Below are positions 38,876 through 48,994 of a DNA stretch of 64,000 nucleotides, piece by piece. The position numbers were made by a program, and so were the translations under genes. Under the pieces are notes generated by a model, which saw only the letters and a program-made list of their open reading frames with translations, was not told where the DNA came from and did not search any database. Numbering within the stretch: the stretch's first letter is position 1; every line of letters starts with the position of its first letter. Source of the DNA: an uncultured Spirochaetota bacterium (GTDB taxonomy: Bacteria; Spirochaetota; Spirochaetia; SZUA-6; Fen-1364); contig CAWGAA010000001.1 of the NCBI GenBank assembly GCA_963820525.1, positions 2,720,001 to 2,784,000 on the forward strand, read 5' to 3'.

Positions 38876-41055
38876 TCCGACCATACCATGACCTCCTTGG
38901 CTCCACTTATATCTGCCGCTCGCGCCGATTCCTGACCACGGAGGTCCAAGTAGGTAAATTTGCTTGCTAGATCGGCATCAATCTCTTGCAGCTTTGAGTA
39001 ATACTTATGCACAGCACCGTAATTCTCTTGGTCGTGGTTCAGCCGTGCAAGGCAAAGCAACACTATGGAATTGTCGGGGTTTATTTTATAGGCTCGCGTA
39101 TAATAATCGCCTGCCTCATCCATTTTGCCCTGCGCATAGCGTATATTGCCAAGATTTACGAGTGCCGGGCAGTATTGGCTTTTGGTTAAGATTTGCTGGA
39201 ACTGCTTTTCTGCTCGGTCATACAACCCATACTTTGCATATAGAACTCCCAGCTTATTCATCGCCCGTGGGCCGTCCTGTGTCTTTTTGATCTCAGCCTG
39301 CAACCGGGAAACGAGCTGATAGATTTCCTGATCGATGAAGTGAATCTGCTCCTCTAAAAACTGTGTCATGAATCCGCTGCTCGGTGGCACTGCCACCTGC
39401 ACGTCCTCTCCCTTGAAGAACACCGGTTCGTACACCTTCCAAGCCTCTTGTAGGGGATAAAGGTCGGCTTGGTTACGTGCGCTATTCTCAAGCCACTCCT
39501 GTGCCCCAGCTTCCCAAGCTTTCAGGAAGCCCCCCTCGATTTGGGTGATCTCCACAGGAACCCATGTCTGATCTCCGTGGAAAATCAGCTTGTCCGCGCG
39601 CGTGAACTGGTTTCGAGCATCATCGGGTTTCAAACCCAGAGAGAATGCCATGAAGATGTGCCCTGGAACGGTGATAAAAGCCGTATCTATTCCAGCCGCC
39701 TCAAGAAGCGCACAGTTCAGGATGGAAAGATCGTCGCAATCGCCACCCTTGAATGACAGTGTCTGGCGGGGGAACTGGAGGTAGTCGATTTCCGTCTTTT
39801 TCGAGGCAAAATCCGTATATGCAGATTTCGGGTCAATCACGTATGCCAGACCGTAGGCACATAATACCTCATGCATCGCCATGGCCATGCAGAAGTTGGC
39901 GTTGAGCGCTTTGCTTCCCTTCCCCTTAATGGCTGAAGCAACATTCTTTGCGAAGCTCATGACCGGCGTATCTTTGGGTGTGACAAATGGAGCAGCCTTG
40001 CGGTTGTCATCCCATGTCATGGCATTCCGATCTACGATGGTGAGACTTTCAACTTTTTTCAGCTCATGCTCGCTGCCCGCTGCTGTATAGGCCACGGTGA
40101 TCTCGGCCTGCGCCTTAGCGCGCTCGGTAACCGTGAGTATCCGATCTGAGAAAAGAGCAAAAAGATCGACGTCCTTGGATTCACCCTTTCCAATGGAATC
40201 AATAGGCTTCGCCTCTTGCTCTGCATTCATGTAGTCTTTTATGAAAAAGCTGACTCTGATGTTTTTTATTTCCGCGTTTGTGCCATTTGTCAGTTTCACG
40301 ATGCCCAATGGGTGACTGTCGTAGTACTTGAGGAAGACGGGGAATACCGGGTTGAGCTCGGTTTTCTCTATGAAGAATTCTTTGGGTGTGGCGGGCGGCT
40401 TTGGGGGTTCCACCGGCTTATTCTCAAGAGGCACCGGTTTTGCTTTCGGTTGTTCGATGACTGGGGTTGATTGTGTTTGAGGCGCCGTGGAATTTCCACC
40501 AAGACCAATCGTCATTCCTGCGGAGACACCGAGTCCAGTATAGAGCCCGATTTGATCAACGAGCGAGCTCCCCACTTCCAAAGAAAAATCGGGGGATAGG
40601 AAGAATTGCAGGTTGGCTCCACCTTTTATAAACGGGTTGCCATGTCCTTGGAAGGCTAGCGGCGGGTTGAAGAAACAGTATGTGTATCCCGCATCCGCAA
40701 AGGCGCTAAGGCCGAGAATGCGGGCAAATCGGAACTCTATGCCCACTCCAGCAGAAGCGGACGTCATAGAGATGGTTGGAGCGGCCACTGTTGTATCGTA
40801 ACCGTATTCAAGACCAATGCGCAGCGCTACAGGCCTTAGAAAGGGCAGCCTGTAGCCTCCTGCAAAAGACATGCCGCCCCCAATACCAAATACGTTGGTG
40901 CTTTCCAGAAGTGGGATGCTTATGGTCGGAGAGAGCTGCATGTAGAATGGCGCAGCTACAGGTTCTGCCGGTTGCTGAGGGCTCTCGGCGAATGAACAGA
41001 TAGTCACTGCTAATAATGCAACAATAACTGCAATCGAAGTTCTAAATTCTTTCAT
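38872..41055 (-). CDS. Exported multidomain protein: putative small beta-barrel, Pro-rich linker, transglutaminase-like domain, TPR repeats
   Basis: Signal peptide; amphipathic Gly/aromatic strands at about aa 35-185; PKAKPVP..EPPKPP linker; GGDCDD, VPGHIF, WVPVE; TPRs NKLGVLYAKYG and VNLGNIRY. Confidence 0.75.
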   Translation of the reverse strand: MKEFRTSIAVIVALLAVTICSFAESPQQPAEPVAAPFYMQLSPTISIPLLESTNVFGIGGGMSFAGGYRLPFLRPVALRIGLEYGYDTTVAAPTISMTSASAGVGIEFRFARILGLSAFADAGYTYCFFNPPLAFQGHGNPFIKGGANLQFFLSPDFSLEVGSSLVDQIGLYTGLGVSAGMTIGLGGNSTAPQTQSTPVIEQPKAKPVPLENKPVEPPKPPATPKEFFIEKTELNPVFPVFLKYYDSHPLGIVKLTNGTNAEIKNIRVSFFIKDYMNAEQEAKPIDSIGKGESKDVDLFALFSDRILTVTERAKAQAEITVAYTAAGSEHELKKVESLTIVDRNAMTWDDNRKAAPFVTPKDTPVMSFAKNVASAIKGKGSKALNANFCMAMAMHEVLCAYGLAYVIDPKSAYTDFASKKTEIDYLQFPRQTLSFKGGDCDDLSILNCALLEAAGIDTAFITVPGHIFMAFSLGLKPDDARNQFTRADKLIFHGDQTWVPVEITQIEGGFLKAWEAGAQEWLENSARNQADLYPLQEAWKVYEPVFFKGEDVQVAVPPSSGFMTQFLEEQIHFIDQEIYQLVSRLQAEIKKTQDGPRAMNKLGVLYAKYGLYDRAEKQFQQILTKSQYCPALVNLGNIRYAQGKMDEAGDYYTRAYKINPDNSIVLLCLARLNHDQENYGAVHKYYSKLQEIDADLASKFTYLDLRGQESARAADISGAKEVMVWSE

Positions 41056-41398
41056 TTGAACGCCCCTTTTTTCTCTATATCTTCTATGATTTGGAATTTT
41101 GCTGAAACTTTATGATGCCAGGTTGGCCTGCTTTTTTAACACTTAGGATGCCATTTCCTTTTATAATAAATCATATCATAAAGCTTAGAAAAAAACAACT
41201 AGAGAAGCCGCTTCTAATGCACCCCTCCATGCTCAATACCGCGCCGCGCACCTATACCCGGAAAAGGGCTTCGGTCGCGGGTGTGTTGACACTCCTTGTA
41301 TTTCGTAGTACAAATGTATAACTATTCCTTCGCTGCATAAATCCATTATTATTTAAGTCTCAGGTTGGCGGGCTTTGCGGCTGACTCGGAGGGACTAG

Positions 41399-42911
41399 GA
41401 GCCTGTCGGACTTTAGCGACCGGTGTTTCCGTAAAAGGCTGAGGCGTGATAAGCTTTGGACATGGCTGAACGGCTGGTAAATGTAGATCGAGAGACGCCG
41501 ATGCTGTTGCCGGTGGATTTGCGCCAGTGGGTACCGGAGGACGATCTGGTGCACTTCGTTGTCAACGCTGTCGAGATGATGAATATGTCAGCCCTCGCGG
41601 TAAATCATCGTGGCAGCGGCAGCAAGCAATACCCTCCGCGGATGATGCTGGCGCTGGTGATTTATTGCTATGCAAACGGGCTTTTCAGCTCGCGGCGTAT
41701 CGAGCGGGCGACCTATCGCGACGTGGCAGTACGCTACCTGACAGGTGATACCCATCCGGATCATGACACCATTTGCGCGTTTCGCCGAGAGAACGGGGAG
41801 GCAGTAAAGCAGGCGTTCGTTGAAGTGCTGCGTCTGGCACGGGAGATGGGGCTGTTGCGGGTGGGCACGGTGAGCGTTGATGGAACTCATATCAAGGCCA
41901 ATGCCTCTAAACACAAGAGTGTGCGCTATGATCGGGCAGGCGAGTTGGAAAAGTTGCTACGTAAAGATATAGAAGAGCTGTTGGCCCGTGCCGAGAAAAG
42001 CGACACCGAGGCGACGGGAGATGATCAAAAGCTGCCACCGGAGATCGCGCGACGCGAAGCGCTTCTGGAAAAGATGCTTTGGGCGCGTCAGGAACTTGAG
42101 AAGCGAGCCCAAAACGAGGATGTCGAGCAGGAGGAAGAAGACAAGGGTCAGGGGCCAAAGGCGGGGGGTGCAAGCCCTGGGCGACCGAAGGACTCCCAGC
42201 AGATCAACCTCAGCGATCCTGACAGCGCCTTGATGCGCAAGAGCAAACGCGACAGCTACGAGCAGGCCTACAACGCACAAGCGGTCGTGGATGCCGAAGG
42301 CAGCCAGCTGGTACTGAGCACGGATGTGATCCGAACCCCCAGCGATGCCAACCAACTTGAGCCTGCGGTGCAAAGTGTAGACCCTTCGATCGGCATGGTT
42401 CAACGCGCTCTTGCTGATGGTGGATATGCCAACGCCGATTCCTTTGACACTCTGCAGCAGCAGGGCGTTGAGCTATACGTGGCAATCACACGAGAAGATC
42501 ATAACGAGCGTCGCTATGATTTCCGCCCGCCTTCCTCGCGGCCCTTGAAGAAGGTCACCGATCCGCGGCTTGTGGCGATGCGCGAGAAGCTTGCACAAAA
42601 GGATGGCAAACGCATCTACGCGCGGCGGGCTTCGACGGTGGAGCCGGTATTCGGGATCATTAAAGCTGCGATGGGGTTCCGCCAGTTCCTCCTGCGGGGC
42701 CTGGATAAAGTGCATACCGAGTGGGACTTGGTTTGTCTTGCCTACAACGTGAAACGCCTTTGGGGCTTGTCGAGAGCATGAAGCAGTACGGTAGGATCAC
42801 GGGGAGGTGGCGCAGGGCAGACGAACGCTCTCTGTCACCAACCCAGAGAGCCGCTGGCCGATCCTGGCCGCTGAACGCCCGCGCAAATCGTCGCCAAAGC
42901 CCGACAGGCTC
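41399..42911 (+). mobile_element. Complete IS1182-family insertion sequence (1513 bp)
   Basis: Terminal IRs GAGCCTGTCGGACTTTAGCGAC and GAGCCTGTCGGGCTTTGGCGAC (20/22); CTAG duplicated at 41395-41398 and 42912-42915. Confidence 0.92.
41462..42781 (+). CDS. IS1182-family DDE transposase
   Basis: YPPRMML, SSRRIE, PDHDTI, VDGTHIKANAS, YNAQ, ADGGY, RASTVEPVFGIIK. Confidence 0.93.
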   Translation: MAERLVNVDRETPMLLPVDLRQWVPEDDLVHFVVNAVEMMNMSALAVNHRGSGSKQYPPRMMLALVIYCYANGLFSSRRIERATYRDVAVRYLTGDTHPDHDTICAFRRENGEAVKQAFVEVLRLAREMGLLRVGTVSVDGTHIKANASKHKSVRYDRAGELEKLLRKDIEELLARAEKSDTEATGDDQKLPPEIARREALLEKMLWARQELEKRAQNEDVEQEEEDKGQGPKAGGASPGRPKDSQQINLSDPDSALMRKSKRDSYEQAYNAQAVVDAEGSQLVLSTDVIRTPSDANQLEPAVQSVDPSIGMVQRALADGGYANADSFDTLQQQGVELYVAITREDHNERRYDFRPPSSRPLKKVTDPRLVAMREKLAQKDGKRIYARRASTVEPVFGIIKAAMGFRQFLLRGLDKVHTEWDLVCLAYNVKRLWGLSRA

Positions 42912-42954
42912 CTAGATGGAAGAACGGCGAGGGGATTTGTATCTTAGGTGGGAC

Positions 42955-45900
42955 ATGATGGCAAACGGCAATAATTCCCGGGCCGATCCTAGGGCGGAGC
43001 TTCAGCGACGCGGCCTCTATGACCCCAGCTTCGAGCACGACAGCTGCGGCGTCGGGTTCCTCGTGAACATCGACGGAACGCGGACCCACAAGATCGTCTC
43101 TGATGGGATCACGATACTGAAGAACCTGGTGCACCGCGGCGCGGTGGGCGGCGACTCCCGCACGGGAGACGGGGCAGGGATCCTGACCCAGCTGCCCCAT
43201 AGATTCTTCAGCCGCGAATGCGGCCGGCTGGGCATCTCCATCCCCGAGGAGGGCGGGTACGGAGTCGCCATGCTCTTTCTGCCCCTGGACGAGGACCGGC
43301 GCTTGAGCGCGCGGGCCGTCGTGGAGCGCACCGTCGTGGAAGAGGGCGGCGTCCTGCTGGGTTGGAGGGAAGTCCCCGTGGGGCCCGACTGCCTCGGGGA
43401 TCTTGCCTCCCGCTCGATGCCCCACGTTTCCCAGGCTTTCATCACCTTCGAGGGATTGAGCGGAGACTCCCTTGAGCGCGAGCTGTACATCGTTCGAAAG
43501 TGCATCGAGCGGGAGGCCGCTTCAGCCGGCTTCGACCTGGAGGAGCTGTACCTCGCTTCCCTCTCCTGCCGCACCGTCGTCTACAAGGGGATGTTCGTCG
43601 CGCCCCAGCTCGAGGCCTTCTTCCCGGACCTTGCGGACGGGGAGTTCGAAAGCTCGCTGGCCGTTATCCACCAGCGGTACAGCACCAATACGTTCCCCTC
43701 CTGGGCGCTCGCCCAGCCCTTCCGCTACATGGCCCACAACGGGGAGATCAACACGCTTCGGGGCAACGTCAACAAGATCAACGCGCGCGAAAAGACGATG
43801 TCTTCCCCGCTGTTCGGCGAGCGCATCTCCAAGCTCCTGCCCGTCATCAACCCCGCCTTGAGCGACTCGGGCATCTTCGACAACGTCTTCGAGCTTCTGA
43901 TCATGGGGGGACGCTCCGTGGAGCATGCCCTCATGATGATGGTTCCCGAGGCTTTCGGGGCGCGCTACCACATGAGCGAGGACAAGCGGGCATTCTACGA
44001 GTACCACGCCGCCGTCATGGAACCGTGGGACGGCCCCGCGTCCATCTGCTTCAGCGACGGCATAAAGGTGGGCGCAACCCTGGACAGGAACGGGCTTCGC
44101 CCCGCGCGCTGGGTGGTGACCCGAAGCGGGCAGGTCGTGCTCGCCTCCGAGGTCGGGGTGCTGGATATCCCGCCTGAGGACGTTCTGCAGAAGGGACGGC
44201 TCGCTCCGGGCAAGATGCTCATGGTGGATACGGCGCAGAAGCGCGTTTTATACGATAACGAGATCAAGGCTTCCGTGTCCCGCCGCAAGCCTTACCGCCA
44301 CTGGCTCGAGGCGAACCGGATCGACATGAAGGGCCTCTTCCAGGTGCCGGGGCCGGTACACATCGAGCGGGAGGCTCTCCTCACCCGGCAGTGGGTGTTC
44401 GGGTATACGCTGGAAGACCTCTCCATGATCATCACGCCCATGGCGGAAAACGCCCAGGAGCCCCTGGGATCCATGGGAAACGACCAGAGCCTGGCCGTGC
44501 TCTCCAACAGGCCCCAGATCCTGTACAGCTACTTCAAGCAGCTTTTCGCCCAGGTCACCAATCCGCCCATCGATCCCTACCGCGAAAGCCTGGTCATGTC
44601 GCTGATGAGCTTCACGGGCCGGGAGAGGAACCTCCTTGACGAAACACCCGAGCACTGCCGACAGCTGAAGCTCCCGCATCCCCTCCTGACCAATGACGAC
44701 ATGGAGAAGCTGCGAACCCTGGACATCGGCGGGTATCGCTCCTGCGTCATCAGCATGACCTTCCCGGTATCCGAGGGGGAGGCGGGGCTCGAGCGCGCCC
44801 TCCAGGGGCTGTGCGCGGAGGCCGAAACCCGCGTGGACGAAGGCTACACCATGCTCATCCTCACGGACAGGAACGTGGATGCTTCACGGGCGCCCATCCC
44901 TGCGCTCCTGGCAACATCGGCCCTGCATCACCACCTTACCCGGGTCAAGAAACGTCACCTCACGGCCCTCGTCATCGAGACGGGAGAGGCGCGGGAGGTC
45001 ATGCACTTCGCCACCCTGATCGGCTACGGGGCGAGCGCCATCAATCCGTACCTTGCCTTCGAGACCATCGCGGACCTGAAGTCGCGCGGCAAGCTCCAGC
45101 CCTCGCTCAAGGCGGAGACCGCGATTGAGCAGTATATAACCGCCATAAAGAAGGGCCTCCTGAAGGTGATGTCCAAGATGGGCATCTCCACGATCAGGAG
45201 CTACAAGAGCGCCCAGATATTCGAGGCCGTCGGCCTGGCCGCGCCTTTTATCGAGAAATATTTCCCCGGCACCCCCTCCCGGATCGGCGGAATCGGCATC
45301 GAGGCGATTGCCCGCGAGACCCTGGCGCGTCACACGGCAGCCTTCAGCCGCGACGCGGCCGAGAGGGAAGCCGTCGATTCGGGCGGGTCCATCCACTACA
45401 GGAGCTTCTCCGAGGGCCATCGGCTGACCCCCGATGCGATCGCGCTCTTGCAGAAGGCGGTGCGCGAGAACGACTACGAGACGTACAAGCGCTACGCCGC
45501 GGTCATCGACGACGCTAATAAAAACCTCTGCACCCTTCGGGGACTGTTCACCTTCGCCATGCGCGCGCCCGTTCCCCTGGAGGAAGTGGAGCCCGCTGAA
45601 AACATCATCAAGCGTTTCGTCACATCGGCAATGTCGTTCGGCTCCATCAGCAAGGAAGCCCACGAGACCCTCGCGATCGCCATGAACCGGCTTGGCGCGG
45701 CCAGCAACTCCGGCGAGGGAGGGGAGGACGAGGCGCGCTATGCTCCCCTTGCCAACGGGGATTCGGCACGGAGCGCCATCAAACAGGTGGCCTCGGGCCG
45801 TTTCGGCGTCAACTCCAACTACCTGGTGAACTCCCGCGAGCTTCAGATCAAGATGGCCCAGGGGGCCAAGCCGGGAGAGGGCGGGCAGCTCGCCGGCCTG

Positions 45901-47531
45901 AAGGTGGACGCCGTCATCGCGAGGGTGCGCCACTCCACTCCCGGCGTCACCCTCATCTCGCCGCCCCCCCACCACGACATCTACTCCATCGAGGACCTGG
46001 CCCAGCTCATCTTCGACCTGAAGAACGCGAACCCCGAAGCAAGAGTCTCCGTGAAGCTCGTGGCGGAGGTTGGCGTCGGCACCGTTGCCGCCGGCGTTGC
46101 CAAGGGCAAGGCCGACATGGTGCTCATCTCCGGCTATGACGGGGGCACGGGCAACTCTCCCATCTCCTCGATCAAGCATGCGGGCATTCCCTGGGAGATC
46201 GGGCTTTCAGAAACGCAGCAGACCCTCGTTGCCAATCACCTGCGCGACAGGATCAGGGTGCAGGTAGACGGCCAGATCAGGACGGGCCGCGACGTGGCCA
46301 TCGGCGCCCTGCTGGGTGCGGAGGAGTTCGGCTTCGGAACCATCTCCCTGGTCACGCTCGGCTGCATCATGATGAGGAAGTGCCACATCAACACCTGTCC
46401 CGTCGGGATCGCGACCCAGGACCCCGGCTTCGGGCCCGGTTCGCCGGAAAACCGGAGCATGTCGTCAACTTCATGAGATTCGTGGCACAGCATACCCGCG
46501 AGATCATGGCTTCCCTTGGTTTCAGGACCATGGACGAGATGATCGGCCACGTGGAGGCAATCGAGACCAAGCAGGCTGTGGATCACTGGAAGACCCGCGG
46601 CCTGGACTTCAGCAGGGTGCTGGCGCGCGTGGAGGCCCCCGCGGGCACATGCCTGCGGTGCACCCGAAAGCCCGAAATCGACCTTTCCCAGTCGCTGGAC
46701 CGTGAGCTCATCGAGCGCTCGCGGGGCGCGCTCGATGCAGGGCAGAAGGTGCGGCTCTTCATGGCCATCAGGAACAGGAACCGAACGGTCGGCGCCACTC
46801 TTTCAGCCCAGATCTCGAAGCGATGCGGCTCCCGCGGCCTTCCCCCCGACACGATCCACGTTTCCTTCACGGGCTCGGCAGGCCAGAGCTTCGGCGCCTT
46901 CCTTGCGCCGGGGATCACCTTCGAGCTTGAAGGAGATGCCAACGACTACTTCGCCAAGGGCCTCTCCGGCGGCAGGATCATCGTCTACCCGCCGCGGGCC
47001 GCCACCTTCCGCGCCCGGGACAACATCATCACGGGCAATGTGAACCTCTTCGGCGCCACGGGCGGCGAGGTGTTCATCAATGGAATGGCGGGAGAGCGCT
47101 TCGCCGTGCGCAACTCCGGCGCCGTGGCCATTGTTGAAGGCGTCGGAGATCACGGCTGCGAGTACATGACCGGGGGCGTCGTGGTGGTTCTGGGGCGCAC
47201 CGGGGTGAACTTCGCGGCTGGAATGAGCGGCGGGATGGCCTTCGTGCTGGACGAGGACCAGCTCTTCGACACCAAGTGCAACCTGGAGATGGTGGACATC
47301 GAGCCCATTACGGAGGAGCGCGACAGGAAGCTCCTCCACGACCTTGTCGAACGGCACGTGAAATACACGGGAAGCGACCACGCCACGCGCCTCCTGCGCG
47401 ACTGGACGGAGGTGGCGCCCCGATTCGTCAAAGTGATGCCCATCGATTACCGCCGCGCCCTCGAGCGAATTGCGGCCGAAGGCTCCAAGGAAACCGAGGT
47501 CATGGCGATCACCGAGGAGGTGTACCGCTGA
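42955..47531 (+). CDS. gltB: Glutamate synthase large subunit, with a frameshift near 46422-46425
   Basis: [51 protein letters not shown]; continues in 46380-47531 ([24 protein letters not shown]) if one C is restored. Confidence 0.95.
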
Positions 47532-48961
47532 TGGGACACGTCACAGGATTTCTCGACCGAAGCCGCGTGGGCCCTTCCTCCCTTCCCGTTTCCGAGCGGC
47601 TGAAGAACTGGAAGGAGTTCACGACGGTCCAGCCCGAAGAGGTGCTGCGCGCCCAGGGCTCCCGCTGCATGGACTGCGGAATCCCGTTCTGCCACTCCTC
47701 GGGATGCCCCGTGTACAACCTGATCCCCGAATGGAACGACCTGGTCTACAAGGGAGAATGGTACGAAGCGTTCGTGCGCCTGGAGCTCACCAACAATCTG
47801 CCCGAGATCACGGGGCGCGTCTGTCCGGCCCCCTGCGAGACCGCCTGCACCCTCGCCATAAACTCCAGCCCCGTCACCATCAAGCAGATCGAGCTTGCCA
47901 TCATAGAAAGGGCGTTCGCATCCGGCTGGGTGGTGCCGCGGCCCCCCCGCGCTCTCAGCGGCCGCTCGGTGGCCGTGGTGGGAAGCGGGCCGGCGGGCCT
48001 CTCCGCCGCGCAGCAGCTTCGCCGCGCCGGCCACGAGGTCACGGTATTCGAGCGCTCGCCGCGCGCAGGCGGGCTTCTCCGCTACGGGATTCCCGACTTC
48101 AAGCTGGAGAAGAGCGTTCTGGACAGGCGTATCCACCAGATGGAAGCTGAGGGGGTGCGCTTCGAGAACGGGGTGGCCATTGGCGAGGATGTTTCGGCCC
48201 GATACCTTCAGCGCTCCTTCGACGCCGTGCTCCTTGCCCTTGGAGCCGGCGAGCCGCGGAACCTCACGGTGCCGGGGCGCGAGCTTTCCGGGATCCACTT
48301 CGCGATGGACTACCTCACCCCCTCCAACATGTTCCTGGCAGGGGAGATCCCGGAGAGCGAAACGATCTCCGCCAGGGACAAGAGGGTGCTCGTCATCGGC
48401 GGCGGGGACACGGGCTCCGACTGCGTGGGCACGTCCAACCGGCAGGGCGCGCGCAAGGTCATGCAGGTGGAGATCATGCCCAAGCCCCCGGAGTGGAACG
48501 AGAGCACCAACCCGAGCTGGCCCGCGTGGCCCAATATCCTGCGCACCTCAAGCTCACACGAGGAAGGCTGCGAGAGGGACTGGGGCATCGACACGAAAAG
48601 CTTCGAGGGCGATGGGGGAGCCGTGAAGAAGGCGAACCTGGTCCGCGTCGAATGGAAGAAGCCCGAGGGGGGAGGGCTGCCGAAGCCCGTGGAGGTTCCC
48701 GGAAGCCAATTCAGCGTGGAGGCTGATCTCGTGCTCCTTGCCATGGGATTCGTCCACGTGCGTCACACGAAGCTCCTGGAGGACCTGGGGATCGAGTTCG
48801 ACGCGCGGGGAAACATCCAATGCGGCCCCGACTACTCCACGACCTCTCCCGGGGTCTCCGTCGCGGGAGACGCCAACACGGGGGCATCCCTGGTGGTGCG
48901 GGCGATCTTCCACGGCCGGGAGGCGGCCAAGGCCATCGACGGGAGGCTGAAGGGCTCATGA
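47531..48961 (+). CDS. gltD: Glutamate synthase small subunit
   Basis: [40 protein letters not shown] overlap with gltB. Confidence 0.95.
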   Translation: MGHVTGFLDRSRVGPSSLPVSERLKNWKEFTTVQPEEVLRAQGSRCMDCGIPFCHSSGCPVYNLIPEWNDLVYKGEWYEAFVRLELTNNLPEITGRVCPAPCETACTLAINSSPVTIKQIELAIIERAFASGWVVPRPPRALSGRSVAVVGSGPAGLSAAQQLRRAGHEVTVFERSPRAGGLLRYGIPDFKLEKSVLDRRIHQMEAEGVRFENGVAIGEDVSARYLQRSFDAVLLALGAGEPRNLTVPGRELSGIHFAMDYLTPSNMFLAGEIPESETISARDKRVLVIGGGDTGSDCVGTSNRQGARKVMQVEIMPKPPEWNESTNPSWPAWPNILRTSSSHEEGCERDWGIDTKSFEGDGGAVKKANLVRVEWKKPEGGGLPKPVEVPGSQFSVEADLVLLAMGFVHVRHTKLLEDLGIEFDARGNIQCGPDYSTTSPGVSVAGDANTGASLVVRAIFHGREAAKAIDGRLKGS

Positions 48962-48994
48962 GAGTGCGGCGGGCGGCCCCCCGCATCGCTTTCT

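Noticed and set aside
20942..41373. Identical 15-mer CTCAGGTTGGCGGGC at 20942-20956 and 41359-41373, both intergenic
   Set aside because: A few 15-bp matches are expected by chance among all position pairs in a GC-rich 64-kb window, and the flanks do not extend the match
36900..41400. Complete diversity-generating retroelement
   Set aside because: No reverse transcriptase, accessory gene or adenine-variant template repeat was seen; kept only as a possible remote target
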